32,000 nucleotides of DNA from Desulfocapsa sulfexigens DSM 10523 (GCF_000341395.1 NC_020304.1:1320001-1352000); one strand, 5' to 3'. Positions 10,141 through 20,050 are shown, counted from the stretch's first letter. The notes: a model not told the origin generated them from the sequence alone. Numbers and translations are program-made.

Positions 10141-10647
10141 ATGCTTTTATCAGGGAGTAGAAGAATTTTGAATCGTGACAGCAGTAAAAAAATAGTAGAA
10201 CCATCTTTTCTGGTTGAGGTTGATAATTATAGCGAAGGGTGCAAAAAGGTCCTTTATTTTCTTGATCAAACGGCTCTTGTTAAGTATGAGACCGTCGACT
10301 TTAACTCCGACATGTCCTGCTCTGCCTCGGATAAAAGATTCTGGACTATGGTGGAGAGTGGTCTTGAGAACAACCGGCAGAGTGTGACTGCCCTGATAGA
10401 AGAACTCCAGGAAAGTGGCTATAGACAGCTTTTAGATCTTACAAAAATGAAGCAGGGCTATGAGTCAAAAATCCTCCATATTCTTGTCCACTTTCTTGAT
10501 GGTTTTATTGGGATTGACTCATCGTTTTATAATTTAATAGAAGACTCCCATCAGATCAGTGATTCTCTCCATCGGCGGATTACAGAAAATCCGCAAAATT
10601 ACTGGCTGTTTCGGATTGATGCGAAAAACAAGTGGACTCTTCTGTAG
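10141..10647 (+). CDS. Hypothetical protein
   Basis: Long open frame; the internal ATG giving MLLSGSRRILNRD... is the more plausible start than 10066. No family recognised. Confidence 0.5.
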   Translation: MLLSGSRRILNRDSSKKIVEPSFLVEVDNYSEGCKKVLYFLDQTALVKYETVDFNSDMSCSASDKRFWTMVESGLENNRQSVTALIEELQESGYRQLLDLTKMKQGYESKILHILVHFLDGFIGIDSSFYNLIEDSHQISDSLHRRITENPQNYWLFRIDAKNKWTLL

Positions 10648-10667
10648 ACGTTTTTTAGGGGTGCATT

Positions 10668-10997
10668 ATGAGAAACAGGGTTTTGGGAGTATCGGTTACG
10701 GGTGTTCTGGCTGTCCTTCTGTGGAGTTGTTTGCTCCTGGTGTCATGCAGCACGCCACCCAGTGGGGACAGTTCAAATGGTAAGCGGTGGTTTTCCATGC
10801 AGCATTGTGATGGCTGTCATGGTGAAGGTGGAGTGGGGGGGGATGCTCCTCAAATCGGGCAGGTGACGATGAGTTACCGTGAGCTGTTAGGCAAGGTGCG
10901 AAATTCAAAGTCAGCCATCATGCCCTCCTATTCGAAAGAGCGTCTCTCGGACCAGGATGTGGCTGATATCTTTTCGTATCTACAGGAAGAAAAATGA
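10668..10997 (+). CDS. Small cytochrome c (class I-like), probable lipoprotein
   Basis: Heme motif CDGCH, MPSYSKERLSDQDVADIFSYLQEEK typical of c-type cytochromes, N-terminal lipobox-like VSCS. Confidence 0.85.
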   Translation: MRNRVLGVSVTGVLAVLLWSCLLLVSCSTPPSGDSSNGKRWFSMQHCDGCHGEGGVGGDAPQIGQVTMSYRELLGKVRNSKSAIMPSYSKERLSDQDVADIFSYLQEEK

Positions 10998-11001
10998 TGA
11001 T

Positions 11002-11253
11002 TTAAGGCCATTCTTTTCGAATACATTTATTTTCCAGAGCTACTTGCCCTGTTGGAAAGTCAGCGTGTCGGTTTCTTTTTGTATCCGATGATTTTTTGCC
11101 AGTGCGAAACAGGTTTTGTTCCCGTTTTTCAAGAAAAAGTACCTTCCTGGCTCCCTCTGCAAACCTGTCCGGGAAAAAGAGAGCAAAGAGTATTCTTAGA
11201 AGAATACTCAACAAAAATATCGTAGCAGCAATAGCGAGAATTATTTTATTCAC
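11002..11253 (-). CDS. Small hypothetical membrane protein
   Basis: N-terminal transmembrane helix (IILAIAATIFLLSILLRILFALFF); start overlaps the end of the upstream HD-domain gene, suggesting coupling. Confidence 0.45.
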   Translation of the reverse strand: MNKIILAIAATIFLLSILLRILFALFFPDRFAEGARKVLFLEKREQNLFRTGKKSSDTKRNRHADFPTGQVALENKCIRKEWP

Positions 11254-11827
11254 CAGGACTTCCTTTCAGACCAATCTCTTCAGCAACCTCCCGCATACCT
11301 GTAATGGTGTCGAGGATAAGGTCGGAGACCTGAACCCCAAGCATCTCTGCTCCTCGTTCAATTATTGATCGATCAACTCCTGCAGCGAACCGTTTGTCTT
11401 TCCACTTTTTCTTCACAGATTTAGGTGTCAGGTCTAATACGCTTTTCGAGGGCCTGACAAGTGCTGTTGTTGCAACCAGTCCCGTGAGTTCGTCAATGGC
11501 GTACAGTACTTTTTCCATTTCACTGCGTGGTTCTTTGTCGGAGCAAATTCCCCAACCATGACTTATCACTGCCCGGATGTACTCTTCCGGCCAGTCATGC
11601 TCTTTCAGTATGGCTTCAGATTGTGTACAGTGCTGATCTGGAAACTGCTCGTAGTCAAGGTCGTGAACTAAACCGACGATACCCCACTTTTCCTCGTCAG
11701 CTCCTTGCTTCCGTGCACAATAGCGCATTACTCCTTCTACAGCCAGAGCGTGTTTTATAAGGCTTTCCGTCTGGTTATATTTTTTTAGCAGCTTAAACGC
11801 ATCTTCCCGGCTTGGTACTGGTGACAT
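11246..11827 (-). CDS. HD-domain metal-dependent phosphohydrolase-like protein
   Basis: LIKHALAVEGVMRY...WGIVGLVHDLDYEQFPDQH...VISHGWG...LYAIDELTGLV; HD motif in an HDIG-like context. Confidence 0.8.
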   Translation of the reverse strand: MSPVPSREDAFKLLKKYNQTESLIKHALAVEGVMRYCARKQGADEEKWGIVGLVHDLDYEQFPDQHCTQSEAILKEHDWPEEYIRAVISHGWGICSDKEPRSEMEKVLYAIDELTGLVATTALVRPSKSVLDLTPKSVKKKWKDKRFAAGVDRSIIERGAEMLGVQVSDLILDTITGMREVAEEIGLKGSPGE

Positions 11828-12017
11828 GATGTCTGGCCCTCTCTGGTAAATATTTGATCATCATTCTCCTCATTGCTATCCTGTGGATACCATAAGTGGA
11901 AAAGATGAGCCATCTGTATTGGGTGGAACACTCTTTTTTTGCTCATTGGGGTTTCAAGGGGGCAAACTTAAATCGCTTTACTGGTTTCTACTAATAAAAA
12001 GCCTGAGATTAAAAGCA

Positions 12018-12046
12018 TTGACTTTACGATTCTCTTTGTTTACCAT
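12018..12046 (+). promoter_or_regulatory. Candidate sigma70-type promoter for the arsR-like operon
   Basis: TTGACT, 17-bp spacer, TACCAT, followed by a palindrome and the ArsR-family start at 12102. Confidence 0.4.
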
Positions 12047-12064
12047 ATCGTCATATGGCGATAT
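12045..12064. promoter_or_regulatory. Near-perfect 20-bp palindrome, candidate ArsR-family operator
   Basis: ATATCGTCATATGGCGATAT: symmetric except for one base pair; overlaps or abuts the predicted -10 and lies 37 bp upstream of the regulator ATG. Confidence 0.5.
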
Positions 12065-12101
12065 CACAATACGTGGCAATTATTACTTCAAGAGAACAAA
12101 A

Positions 12102-12446
12102 ATGAAACAATTTATTCGCGTTATGAAAGCGCTGTCTGACCCTAATCGAGTCAGGCTTATCAAGCTTCTTGGCTGCAAGGAGCTCTGTGTCTGTGAGTTG
12201 CAGGATCTTATCGGGCTGGCACAATCAACAGTCTCCAAACACTTGAAAGTGCTTGAGGAGGCTGGTCTGGTTGACTACCGCAAGGAGGGTTCATGGTTTA
12301 TATACAGGCTGAGTGATGGCGAAGAATCAGAGTATGCCGCAGTTATGCTTAAGAACCTCCAGGGATGGCTTGACGAGGAGCCACAGTTACAAAAAATGAT
12401 GACCAGACTTTCCCAGGTGGATAGGGAACGCATTTGTGCAGCATGA
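12102..12446 (+). CDS. ArsR-family metalloregulator
   Basis: Start revised to internal ATG (MKQFIRVMKALSDPNRVRLIKLLGCKELCVCELQDLIGLAQSTVSKHLKVLEEAGLV). CVC motif at the ArsR metalloid-binding position. Confidence 0.9.
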   Translation: MKQFIRVMKALSDPNRVRLIKLLGCKELCVCELQDLIGLAQSTVSKHLKVLEEAGLVDYRKEGSWFIYRLSDGEESEYAAVMLKNLQGWLDEEPQLQKMMTRLSQVDRERICAA

Positions 12447-12477
12447 TGTATTCGAATCTATTTAAAGGAGGTTCTTC

Positions 12478-13575
12478 ATGGAACCAATAAAGCCAGTAGG
12501 GAGCTGTGCGGACGGGGGAGGGTGTTGTTCGGCCAGTCCAGATGGTGGTAATAGAAAAATATCAGCCGGACAGTTGGGGGTAGGCCTGCTTGGCCTCATC
12601 GGCTGGTATATTATTTACAAACAGCTGCTTCCCTTCTCCCATTTTTTTTCCTATAGCCTGCTTGGTCTGAAAAAAGGAAGTCATCTTGGTGAGGCAATCC
12701 AGTTTTTTGTCTATGACACGCCCAAGGTCATGATGCTGCTTACCCTTATTGTGTTTGTTATCGGCATGCTTCGGTCTTTTTTTACCCAGGAACGAACCCG
12801 GAAATACCTGGCCGGAAAACGGGAAACAGCAGGAAATGTCATGGCCGCTCTGCTCGGTATTGTTACTCCTTTCTGCTCCTGCTCTGCAGTGCCACTCTTT
12901 CTAGGTTTTGTTCAGGCAGGTGTCCCCTTAGGCGTCACATTCTCTTTTCTCATTGCGGCCCCTATGGTCAATGAAGTTGCTGTGATTCTTCTCTATGGTC
13001 TGCTTGGCTGGAAAGTCGCGGCAATTTACCTCGGCACCGGCCTCCTGATTGCCATACTTTCCGGTTGGGTTATCGGCCGCTTTAAGCTGGAACACTGGAT
13101 TGAGGACTGGGTACAGGAACTTCGCTCGGCTGAAGCTGTAGTTATCGAAGAAAAACTGACCTGGTCGGACCGTATTGATCGTGGCCGTGAAGCCGTTCGT
13201 GATATTGTCGGCAAGGTCTGGATCTATGTCATTGCAGGAATTGGTGTTGGTGCCGCCATTCATGGCTATGTACCTGAGACCTTGATGGCCTCTGTTATGG
13301 GCAAGGATGCCTGGTGGTCAGTACCTGTTGCCGTTGTGGTTGGTATCCCAATGTACTCCAACGCAGCAGGAATTGTACCGGTGGTGGAAGCACTCCTTGG
13401 CAAAGGAGCGGCCCTTGGCACGGTTCTGGCCTTTATGATGAGTGTTATTGCCCTGTCACTTCCAGAGATGGTTATTCTCCGTAAAGTTCTCAAGCCCAAA
13501 TTAATTGCAGTCTTTATTGGAGTTGTCGGCAGCGGAATTCTCTTCACCGGGTTTTTATTTAATTTAATTATTTGA
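12478..13575 (+). CDS. ArsP-like permease (SO_0444/YraQ-type family)
   Basis: GIVTPFCSCSAVPLFLGFVQAGVPLGVTFSFLIAAPMVNEVAV is characteristic; multiple TM segments; cysteine-rich N-terminus SCADGGGCC. Confidence 0.85.
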   Translation: MEPIKPVGSCADGGGCCSASPDGGNRKISAGQLGVGLLGLIGWYIIYKQLLPFSHFFSYSLLGLKKGSHLGEAIQFFVYDTPKVMMLLTLIVFVIGMLRSFFTQERTRKYLAGKRETAGNVMAALLGIVTPFCSCSAVPLFLGFVQAGVPLGVTFSFLIAAPMVNEVAVILLYGLLGWKVAAIYLGTGLLIAILSGWVIGRFKLEHWIEDWVQELRSAEAVVIEEKLTWSDRIDRGREAVRDIVGKVWIYVIAGIGVGAAIHGYVPETLMASVMGKDAWWSVPVAVVVGIPMYSNAAGIVPVVEALLGKGAALGTVLAFMMSVIALSLPEMVILRKVLKPKLIAVFIGVVGSGILFTGFLFNLII

Positions 13576-13586
13576 TCGATACTGTG

Positions 13587-13617
13587 CTTGTCAGGAGACA
13601 TCTTGTCTTCTGACAAG
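13587..13617 (+). other. Intercistronic hairpin between permease and mini-thioredoxin genes
   Basis: CTTGTCAGGAGA-catcttg-TCTTCTGACAAG: 12-bp stem including one G-U pair. No T-tract follows. Confidence 0.5.
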
Positions 13618-13654
13618 TGAGGATTCATAAATTTTACAATATTGAGAGGATACA

Positions 13655-13885
13655 ATGGAAATAAAAGTATGCGGGCCTGGATGTGCTTCCTGCGAAAAAA
13701 CTCAAAAAATTGTTGAGGCGGCTATTGCTGCAACGGGTGTTGATGCTACGCTCATCAAGGTGACAGACTTTCAGGAAATCGCAAAAATGGGAATTTTCTC
13801 AACACCTGCAGTGGTTATTGATGGTGACGTGAAATCGGTGGGGAATATCCCAAAACAGTCGCAAGTTGAAGACTGGCTCCGCTGA
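13655..13885 (+). CDS. Thioredoxin-fold redox-active disulfide protein (CxxxCxxC)
   Basis: MEIKVCGPGCASCEKTQKIVEAA...IFSTPAVVIDGDVKSVGNIPK; 76 aa with cis-Pro context typical of redox-active disulfide protein 2. Confidence 0.85.
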   Translation: MEIKVCGPGCASCEKTQKIVEAAIAATGVDATLIKVTDFQEIAKMGIFSTPAVVIDGDVKSVGNIPKQSQVEDWLR

Positions 13886-13887
13886 TT

Positions 13888-15252
13888 ATGTCCTTTTCAT
13901 TAAAAGGTGTCACTACTCAGTGCTCCGGAAGAACAACCACGAAAATAACCAAAGCAAGAAAAGAAATCTCTGCGAAAGTATCGGCTTTTTTGTGTCTTGT
14001 TCTCTTCTGCTGGTTCACACCTGTAGAGGCAATGACCATTGCGGATCTTTTTGCGGCCCTGAGAGAACATCCGCTAACAGAACTGGATGTTCTGCAGACC
14101 AGATCCGCTGAACTGGGTGTTCAATCGATTTATGACCGATTGTACCCAAGTCTGACCGGCATTGTCGCCTACGACGAGTACAATTCCCCAACCAACTTGC
14201 GCCCTGTACCTCCTACCGAGGCGGCACAACTTCTGGAAAACAATAAACCGTTGCCCTTTAGTGACTCCATTGGCCGAATGGGGGCCAGACTTTCCATGCC
14301 CATATTTGTCAAAGAATTGTTTTCTCTTGGCAATCAGGCTGCAAGCCTGGCAGACAGTTACCGGATAAAAAAACGGTTAAATCTGCTCGAACATCAGGCT
14401 GTTCTGGTTACAACGGATGCTCATCTGTTGTACATGGCTTCACTGCGAAAAGCCCTGGAGTCTCGTAAGAACTCCCTGGAAAAAACCCGGCAGGATATCA
14501 CTCTTCAGGTCACAACCGGACGGCTTCCTGAAACGGAACAGATACGAATGGATGAAGCAATCAATCAAATTGATCTCACCTTTAACCAGACTTGGCAACA
14601 GCAGAGTGATTTGCAGAAAAATATAGAATCACTCACTGGTATCGTTCTTGAAGAACCAGTTACGCTTCAGCTCAACGGCTCTCTTAACAAGGGCGAACTT
14701 TTTGCGTTGAAGCCCCTGCAAAAGAATGTAGAGGCCAGAGAGTTCAGTGTACAGGCTGCAAGAGACAGACTGTATCCCAGTATTATAGGTACGGCCAATT
14801 GGTTCCATAACTACGGAGAAGGCTATAACACCGGAACTGATGTGGATGTCGAGTACGGCGGTTACAGTCTTTCCCTGCAGATGCCTCTTTTCAACAAACC
14901 CGCTTACACGGCAATTGAGCAGGCAAATATTGAACTGCGGCGTGAGAAAACTCGCTTTACCAGAACGAAGATAGATCTGGAGGCCAAGGCCAGAAATCTG
15001 ACCAGAAACCTGGAGCTTCTTAACGAGTCAAAAAAATTCGCGCAAGACAGCGTGGCAAACCAACGTGAACTTCTCAACGTGGCCAAGGTGGCTTATGCAA
15101 GCAAAAGAATGAGTCAGGAAGAATACCTGCGTTATGAGGAAAAAATATTGGCCGCAGAGGCAAATTATTACCTGACCGAAGCCCGCTGGTGGGAGACTTT
15201 TGCTACTCTGGCGGTCCTGTACGGCAACAATCTGGATGAGTTGATTCAATGA
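13888..15252 (+). CDS. TolC-family outer membrane efflux protein
   Basis: Signal-like N-terminus, coiled-coil repeats, ALRKALESRKNSLEKTRQDITLQVTTGRLPETEQIRMDEA, SLQMPLFNKPAYTAIEQANIELRR. Confidence 0.85.
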   Translation: MSFSLKGVTTQCSGRTTTKITKARKEISAKVSAFLCLVLFCWFTPVEAMTIADLFAALREHPLTELDVLQTRSAELGVQSIYDRLYPSLTGIVAYDEYNSPTNLRPVPPTEAAQLLENNKPLPFSDSIGRMGARLSMPIFVKELFSLGNQAASLADSYRIKKRLNLLEHQAVLVTTDAHLLYMASLRKALESRKNSLEKTRQDITLQVTTGRLPETEQIRMDEAINQIDLTFNQTWQQQSDLQKNIESLTGIVLEEPVTLQLNGSLNKGELFALKPLQKNVEAREFSVQAARDRLYPSIIGTANWFHNYGEGYNTGTDVDVEYGGYSLSLQMPLFNKPAYTAIEQANIELRREKTRFTRTKIDLEAKARNLTRNLELLNESKKFAQDSVANQRELLNVAKVAYASKRMSQEEYLRYEEKILAAEANYYLTEARWWETFATLAVLYGNNLDELIQ

Positions 15253-16319
15253 AAAAAATTATATGGATACTTCTTGCAGTACTGTTAATTGGAGGCGGAG
15301 TCCTTGCTGTCAAAAAAAAGAAACAGACCATGGCAGACATTCCGCCCATGAAACTGTATCACCAGATCGTTGAAACTGTAACCCCGACAACCGAGAACAT
15401 TCTTCTTACCCTCCCGGCAATGGCAGAGGTCCGCAGCGATCAGGACGTTGAACTTTCCTCCAAGCTCGCTTCCCGGATTACCAGCATGGTAAAAAGCGGC
15501 GACACCGTCCATAAAGGTCAGGTCGTTGTCACCCTGGACCACGAGGACCTGTTGGCCAAGAAGGAGGCCATAGCCCTTCAAACAGGCGCTCTTGAGGCAG
15601 ATATTTTCGCCCAACAGGTGGCCTTGAAAACCGCCGTGGCCAGTCACGCACGAACCAAAGAACTCCTTGATGCCCGCGGAGCTTCTGTTGAACAATATGA
15701 CACTGAAAAAAGTAAGATCGCAGCTCTCCAGGCGAACCTCAAGGGGCTGACAAGCAAAAAGAGCATACTGGAGCAAAATAGTAAAGAAGTTGTAAATCTC
15801 ATCAGCTATGCTGTCATTGTCTCTCCCATCGATGGAGTGGTGAGTTCCACCTCTGCCAATGCTGGTGTCATTGCCATGCCAGGTAAACCTTTACTTTCGA
15901 TCCAGGCAGACAGCGGCAAGTACCTTCTCATCCGTTCCGCCGGTACTCTTCAGCCAACAGAAGTTCTGTTCGAGACCGTTCGTCATCCTTTGGTGCCACT
16001 CAATCATACCTTCAAAGGGTTGGATGAATACCGTGCTGATGTCGAGACAAAGAACAGTTCCGGGGAGCGGCTGCCGGTGCGTTTGGTCGTCTACCAGGGA
16101 AGCGGTGCCTTGATTCCCCTGTCAGCACTGCTGCAAAAAGAAGGAGAGAATCTGTGTTTTATTCCTGAAGGAGACAGGGCTCTTCCGGTTTCAGTCAAGG
16201 TGATAGCTGCTGGGACTGAAGGGATGGTGGTTGAAGGATTACTGGCCGATCAGGTCATTGTTGCCAAACCTGACATTCTTCTCAAGCTACTGGCCGGAAC
16301 GCCAATTACTGTCAAGTAA
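15249..16319 (+). CDS. RND efflux periplasmic adaptor (membrane fusion) protein
   Basis: ATGA overlap with upstream TolC stop; RSDQDVELSSKLASRITSMVKSGDTVHKGQVVVTLD and AVIVSPIDGVVSS typical of HlyD/MFP proteins. Confidence 0.9.
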   Translation: MKKIIWILLAVLLIGGGVLAVKKKKQTMADIPPMKLYHQIVETVTPTTENILLTLPAMAEVRSDQDVELSSKLASRITSMVKSGDTVHKGQVVVTLDHEDLLAKKEAIALQTGALEADIFAQQVALKTAVASHARTKELLDARGASVEQYDTEKSKIAALQANLKGLTSKKSILEQNSKEVVNLISYAVIVSPIDGVVSSTSANAGVIAMPGKPLLSIQADSGKYLLIRSAGTLQPTEVLFETVRHPLVPLNHTFKGLDEYRADVETKNSSGERLPVRLVVYQGSGALIPLSALLQKEGENLCFIPEGDRALPVSVKVIAAGTEGMVVEGLLADQVIVAKPDILLKLLAGTPITVK

Positions 16320-16337
16320 ATCAGAAAACCTCTGTTT

Positions 16338-19300
16338 TTGGATACACCCATGTTCAGTTTGTTTTATAAACGGCCACATCTGCTCTTTTCTATCATTGCC
16401 CTCTTCTTTGTCCTCGGCATTATCGGACTTATCACTATGCCGAAGAACCTGTTCCCGGATGCCGACCGACCCCAGGTGATTGTCATTACTCAGATACCTG
16501 GGTCAACGGCAGAAGTAGCAGCAAGTACGGTCTCCAAACCCATTGAAAGTGAAATCGCCCGCTTAAGTGAGGTGCGCGAAATCAGTTCCGTCAATGTAGC
16601 CAATTTCTCCATTGTCAAGGCGGAATTTGAATATACCAAAGGACTGAATGCTGCGGCTGTTGATGTGGCAAATGCGCTCTCTATCGCCCGTGCAAATCTT
16701 CCATTCACTGCCAATCCTGCTGTTTATACAGCAGGATCTTTCACTCTGCCTGTGGAGGTGGTGGCATTGAGCCCGAAAAGTGATCTCATCAACCTCGGTG
16801 ATATTCGTAAGATAGCAGACTCCTTCATCAAGCCGGCCCTGCTCTCCAATCCCGGCATAGGAAACGTTGAAGTCTTCGGCGGCCACCAGAGTGCCCTTGT
16901 CATCGCCATTGATCCCTTTGGCCTGCAACGTTATGGACTGACTGTCGACATCCTGGCAAAGACAATTATGTCAGCCAACAGGGATATCCCGATTGGCTTT
17001 GTCAAAGGGGCTGACGGATTTTTCACCCTCACCTACTACGGCGAACAGACCAGTGTCGAGGCCCTGTCAAGACTGCGAGTTGCGCCAAACCTAAGACTTG
17101 GCGATGTGGCAGATATCCACTGGTCCACCCAGAAACGATTTTCCGGGTACATCGGCAACGGCAAAGGAGCTATAGCCCTTGCGATCCAGAGATCACCCGG
17201 GGGGTCCGTTCTCAGTGTAAGCAACACAGCCAGGGCAGAAATCGACAGACTTGCCAAACAATATCCGAACATCAACTTTCAGATCGCCGACACCCAGCGT
17301 GACCTGATTGAGACCGCCAACGACAACATGCTTGAGGCCCTGCGCGACGCCATCCTCTATACCCTGCTGGTTCTCCTCTTTTTCCTCGGCAATTTCCGGG
17401 CCATCCTTGCAGCAGGTCTCTCCATTCCCCTGGTCTTTTTTTCCACAATGGCAGTGATATATCTGATAGGTGGCGAACTGAATATCGTTGTCTATACGGC
17501 CATTATCCTGGCCCTTGGTCTGCTTGTTGATGATGCGGTTGTGGTCCTGGAAAATATCGAACGCCACCTTGGTGAATTGCACGAAAATCTAGAAACTGCG
17601 ATTGAACAGGGTACCAAAGAAGTCATTGCCCCCATCTTTGCAGGTACCGTGGCCACCATTGCTATCATGTTCCCCCTCATGTATGTCGGCGATTTCCCCG
17701 AACACATTTTCAGACCCCTGATAGAAACCCTGATCATTGCTTTGCTGGTCTCGTATTTCCTCTCCATTACCTTTATCCCTAAACTTTCGGCCTATCTGTA
17801 TCGCAAAGGAATGAAAAAGAACCGGGTGGAACTCTTTTTTGAATCGCTGTATGAAAAGAGTGTCGGACGCCTCGTTGCCCCCTATGAAAAAGTACTTTTC
17901 TTTTCAAATGGCCGTTTTCCCAGGATTAGAAAACTCTTCTTGACCCTTGGCGTTCTGCTGATTCTGGTATTGAGCCTGAGAACTGTAATGCCGATTCTTG
18001 GCAAGGATGTGATGCCTCCCATGGATACCGGAATCATTAAGGCCCACGTTGCCTTTTCTGCCAATGATACTGTGGAAAGTGCAGAAAAGAAGATCGCCCT
18101 TTTTCTTGAATGGCTGCACAGCCGGAAAGAGGTAGTAATGAGCTCTGTGGCCTTTGGCGGAGAAGCGGAGGTTTTGTCCCTCGGCAGCGGAAACCTGCCG
18201 GCTGAAGCGACCTTTTCGGTTAACTGCGTCAATCGTTTTGAACGAACCAAGACCATCTGGGAAATTGAGGATGAGATCCGTGATCACTTAAATATGCTGT
18301 CCAGCGTCAAGAGTGTTGATGTCTATGATTTCGGGGCAACAGCCGTGTCTTCGATCAAAGCGCCATTAGACGTACGTATAATGGCCCCTGATTATAAAAA
18401 TCTTCCAGAGATGGGACATACGATTGCAAAGGCACTTACCGGAATCAAAGGGCTTACCAGCATGTCTCTTTCCTGGGATCAAGATTTCAATGAGGCCGAA
18501 ATACTCATCGATAGCAATAAGGCGCTCAGTTACGGCCTTACCCCCTTTACGATTGCCGCTCAGATCCCGATCAAAGGACAGGTAGTCTCTTTACTTGGTA
18601 ACTTTGCCACCATGAATACCCAGCCGGTCAGGCTCTACCTTAAGGGCGAATTCAACGCCAATCTACAGAGTCTGCGTCTGCTCCCCATTCAGATCAGTGA
18701 TGGTAACAGTGTCCCTCTGGAGGCTATTGCGGACATTCGACATCGGCTGGCTGCAGCTAAAATTGAACGGGATCGGATGCTTTACAGCCTGGATGTCAAT
18801 GGTTACAGGAGTCTTAGGCCTATCACTCATATCACATCGGATGCCGAGGCTATCATTGAGGGCATTGACACCAGTGGTACCATTGTCAGCCAGGCAGGTG
18901 ACATAACCCAGCTTAACGATTCATTTTCCAGGATACTTAAGGCCATCGGCACCGGTATCATTATCCTGCTCATGGCACTTATTGCCATTTACCGCTCAGT
19001 ACGCATGTCGCTTGTTATGATTATAGTCCTCCCCTTATCCATGATTGGCGCATCCTGGGGTATGCTGCTTTTTGGCAAGCCCAGTTGTATGCCGTCTATG
19101 GTGGGAATCTTGTTGCTATTTGGCATTATAATCAAAAATTCAATTCTCCTGATTGATTTTTATCAGCACTACCGAAAAGAAGAAGGGGCTTTCGAATCAG
19201 CCCTTGAATCAGTCCGTGTCCGTTTCAGACCAGTAATGATGACCGCATTCGGCACCATTGCCGGTATGATTCCCATTGCCCTGGAACAGGCAGTGGGCCT

Positions 19301-19457
19301 GGAGCGCCTCTCCCCTCTGGCTGATGTTGCCGTTGGCGGTTTGATTGTTGGAACGCTGTTGACACTCATTTATGTACCCATGTTTGCCTACGGCTTTGAT
19401 GGCAATGACAATTCACAGGCAACATCGAGTGAACTGGGGTCAGATAAAGCATCATGA
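16338..19457 (+). CDS. RND efflux transporter permease subunit (AcrB/HAE-like)
   Basis: 1039 aa; LALGLLVDDAVVVLENIERHL (TM4 proton-relay Asp pair), FPDADRPQVIVITQIPGSTAEVA, and typical C-terminal RND repeat. Confidence 0.93.
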   Translation: MDTPMFSLFYKRPHLLFSIIALFFVLGIIGLITMPKNLFPDADRPQVIVITQIPGSTAEVAASTVSKPIESEIARLSEVREISSVNVANFSIVKAEFEYTKGLNAAAVDVANALSIARANLPFTANPAVYTAGSFTLPVEVVALSPKSDLINLGDIRKIADSFIKPALLSNPGIGNVEVFGGHQSALVIAIDPFGLQRYGLTVDILAKTIMSANRDIPIGFVKGADGFFTLTYYGEQTSVEALSRLRVAPNLRLGDVADIHWSTQKRFSGYIGNGKGAIALAIQRSPGGSVLSVSNTARAEIDRLAKQYPNINFQIADTQRDLIETANDNMLEALRDAILYTLLVLLFFLGNFRAILAAGLSIPLVFFSTMAVIYLIGGELNIVVYTAIILALGLLVDDAVVVLENIERHLGELHENLETAIEQGTKEVIAPIFAGTVATIAIMFPLMYVGDFPEHIFRPLIETLIIALLVSYFLSITFIPKLSAYLYRKGMKKNRVELFFESLYEKSVGRLVAPYEKVLFFSNGRFPRIRKLFLTLGVLLILVLSLRTVMPILGKDVMPPMDTGIIKAHVAFSANDTVESAEKKIALFLEWLHSRKEVVMSSVAFGGEAEVLSLGSGNLPAEATFSVNCVNRFERTKTIWEIEDEIRDHLNMLSSVKSVDVYDFGATAVSSIKAPLDVRIMAPDYKNLPEMGHTIAKALTGIKGLTSMSLSWDQDFNEAEILIDSNKALSYGLTPFTIAAQIPIKGQVVSLLGNFATMNTQPVRLYLKGEFNANLQSLRLLPIQISDGNSVPLEAIADIRHRLAAAKIERDRMLYSLDVNGYRSLRPITHITSDAEAIIEGIDTSGTIVSQAGDITQLNDSFSRILKAIGTGIIILLMALIAIYRSVRMSLVMIIVLPLSMIGASWGMLLFGKPSCMPSMVGILLLFGIIIKNSILLIDFYQHYRKEEGAFESALESVRVRFRPVMMTAFGTIAGMIPIALEQAVGLERLSPLADVAVGGLIVGTLLTLIYVPMFAYGFDGNDNSQATSSELGSDKAS

Positions 19458-19639
19458 TTGCCAAATGAGACCAGCAAATGAGAAAATTCTATTGAAATCT
19501 CCAAAAGACGTTAGTCTGCATTTCTCATGAGTTGAGGAGCTTACATATGCGAGGAACGAGCCACTAACCTATAATTTGCTGCGGCTGTTGCCTCAGAGAC
19601 TGCGGTCATTAAATTGTTACTTTATGTAAGAGAGTCCTT

Positions 19640-20005
19640 ATGAAAAAAACATTGTATCATGTGTCTGTATTATTTGTTCTTGTCATTTGTTTTTCAACCA
19701 CAGTCAAGGCTGAAGATTACCCAGTAAACAATACGGTGACAATGCTAGAGCTTGGTGCCGATAGCTGCGTGCCTTGTAAACTGATGGCTCCGATTATTGA
19801 CAAACTGGAGCATGAGTACAGGGGGAAAGCTGCTATTGTTTTTATCGATGTATGGAAAGATCCGAACCAGGCAAAAAAATATGGGATCACTGCGATCCCC
19901 ACTCAGATTTTCTACGAAAAAAGTGGCAGAGAGCGGTATCGTCATGTTGGCTTTTTGAATGAAAAAGAGATTCGAAAGTGGCTGGATATGCTTATTTCGA
20001 TTTAA
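19640..20005 (+). CDS. Exported thioredoxin-family protein
   Basis: Signal peptide MKKTLYHVSVLFVLVICFSTTVKAE, active site CVPC in GADSCVPCKLMAPIIDKLE, ITAIPTQIFYEKSG. Confidence 0.9.
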   Translation: MKKTLYHVSVLFVLVICFSTTVKAEDYPVNNTVTMLELGADSCVPCKLMAPIIDKLEHEYRGKAAIVFIDVWKDPNQAKKYGITAIPTQIFYEKSGRERYRHVGFLNEKEIRKWLDMLISI

Positions 20006-20050
20006 CAGAGCCACTCTCATGGCTAAAGGTATTTTCAATAAAGGAGCCTT

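Noticed and set aside
13266-13655. 129-aa minus-strand ORF overlapping the permease 3' end and intergenic region
   Set aside because: Low-complexity composition and antisense overlap with a clear permease gene; no start or domain support.
17492-18287. Several antisense ORFs opposite the RND permease (91, 124 and 127 aa)
   Set aside because: They lie wholly within a well-supported RND gene and show no coherent domains.
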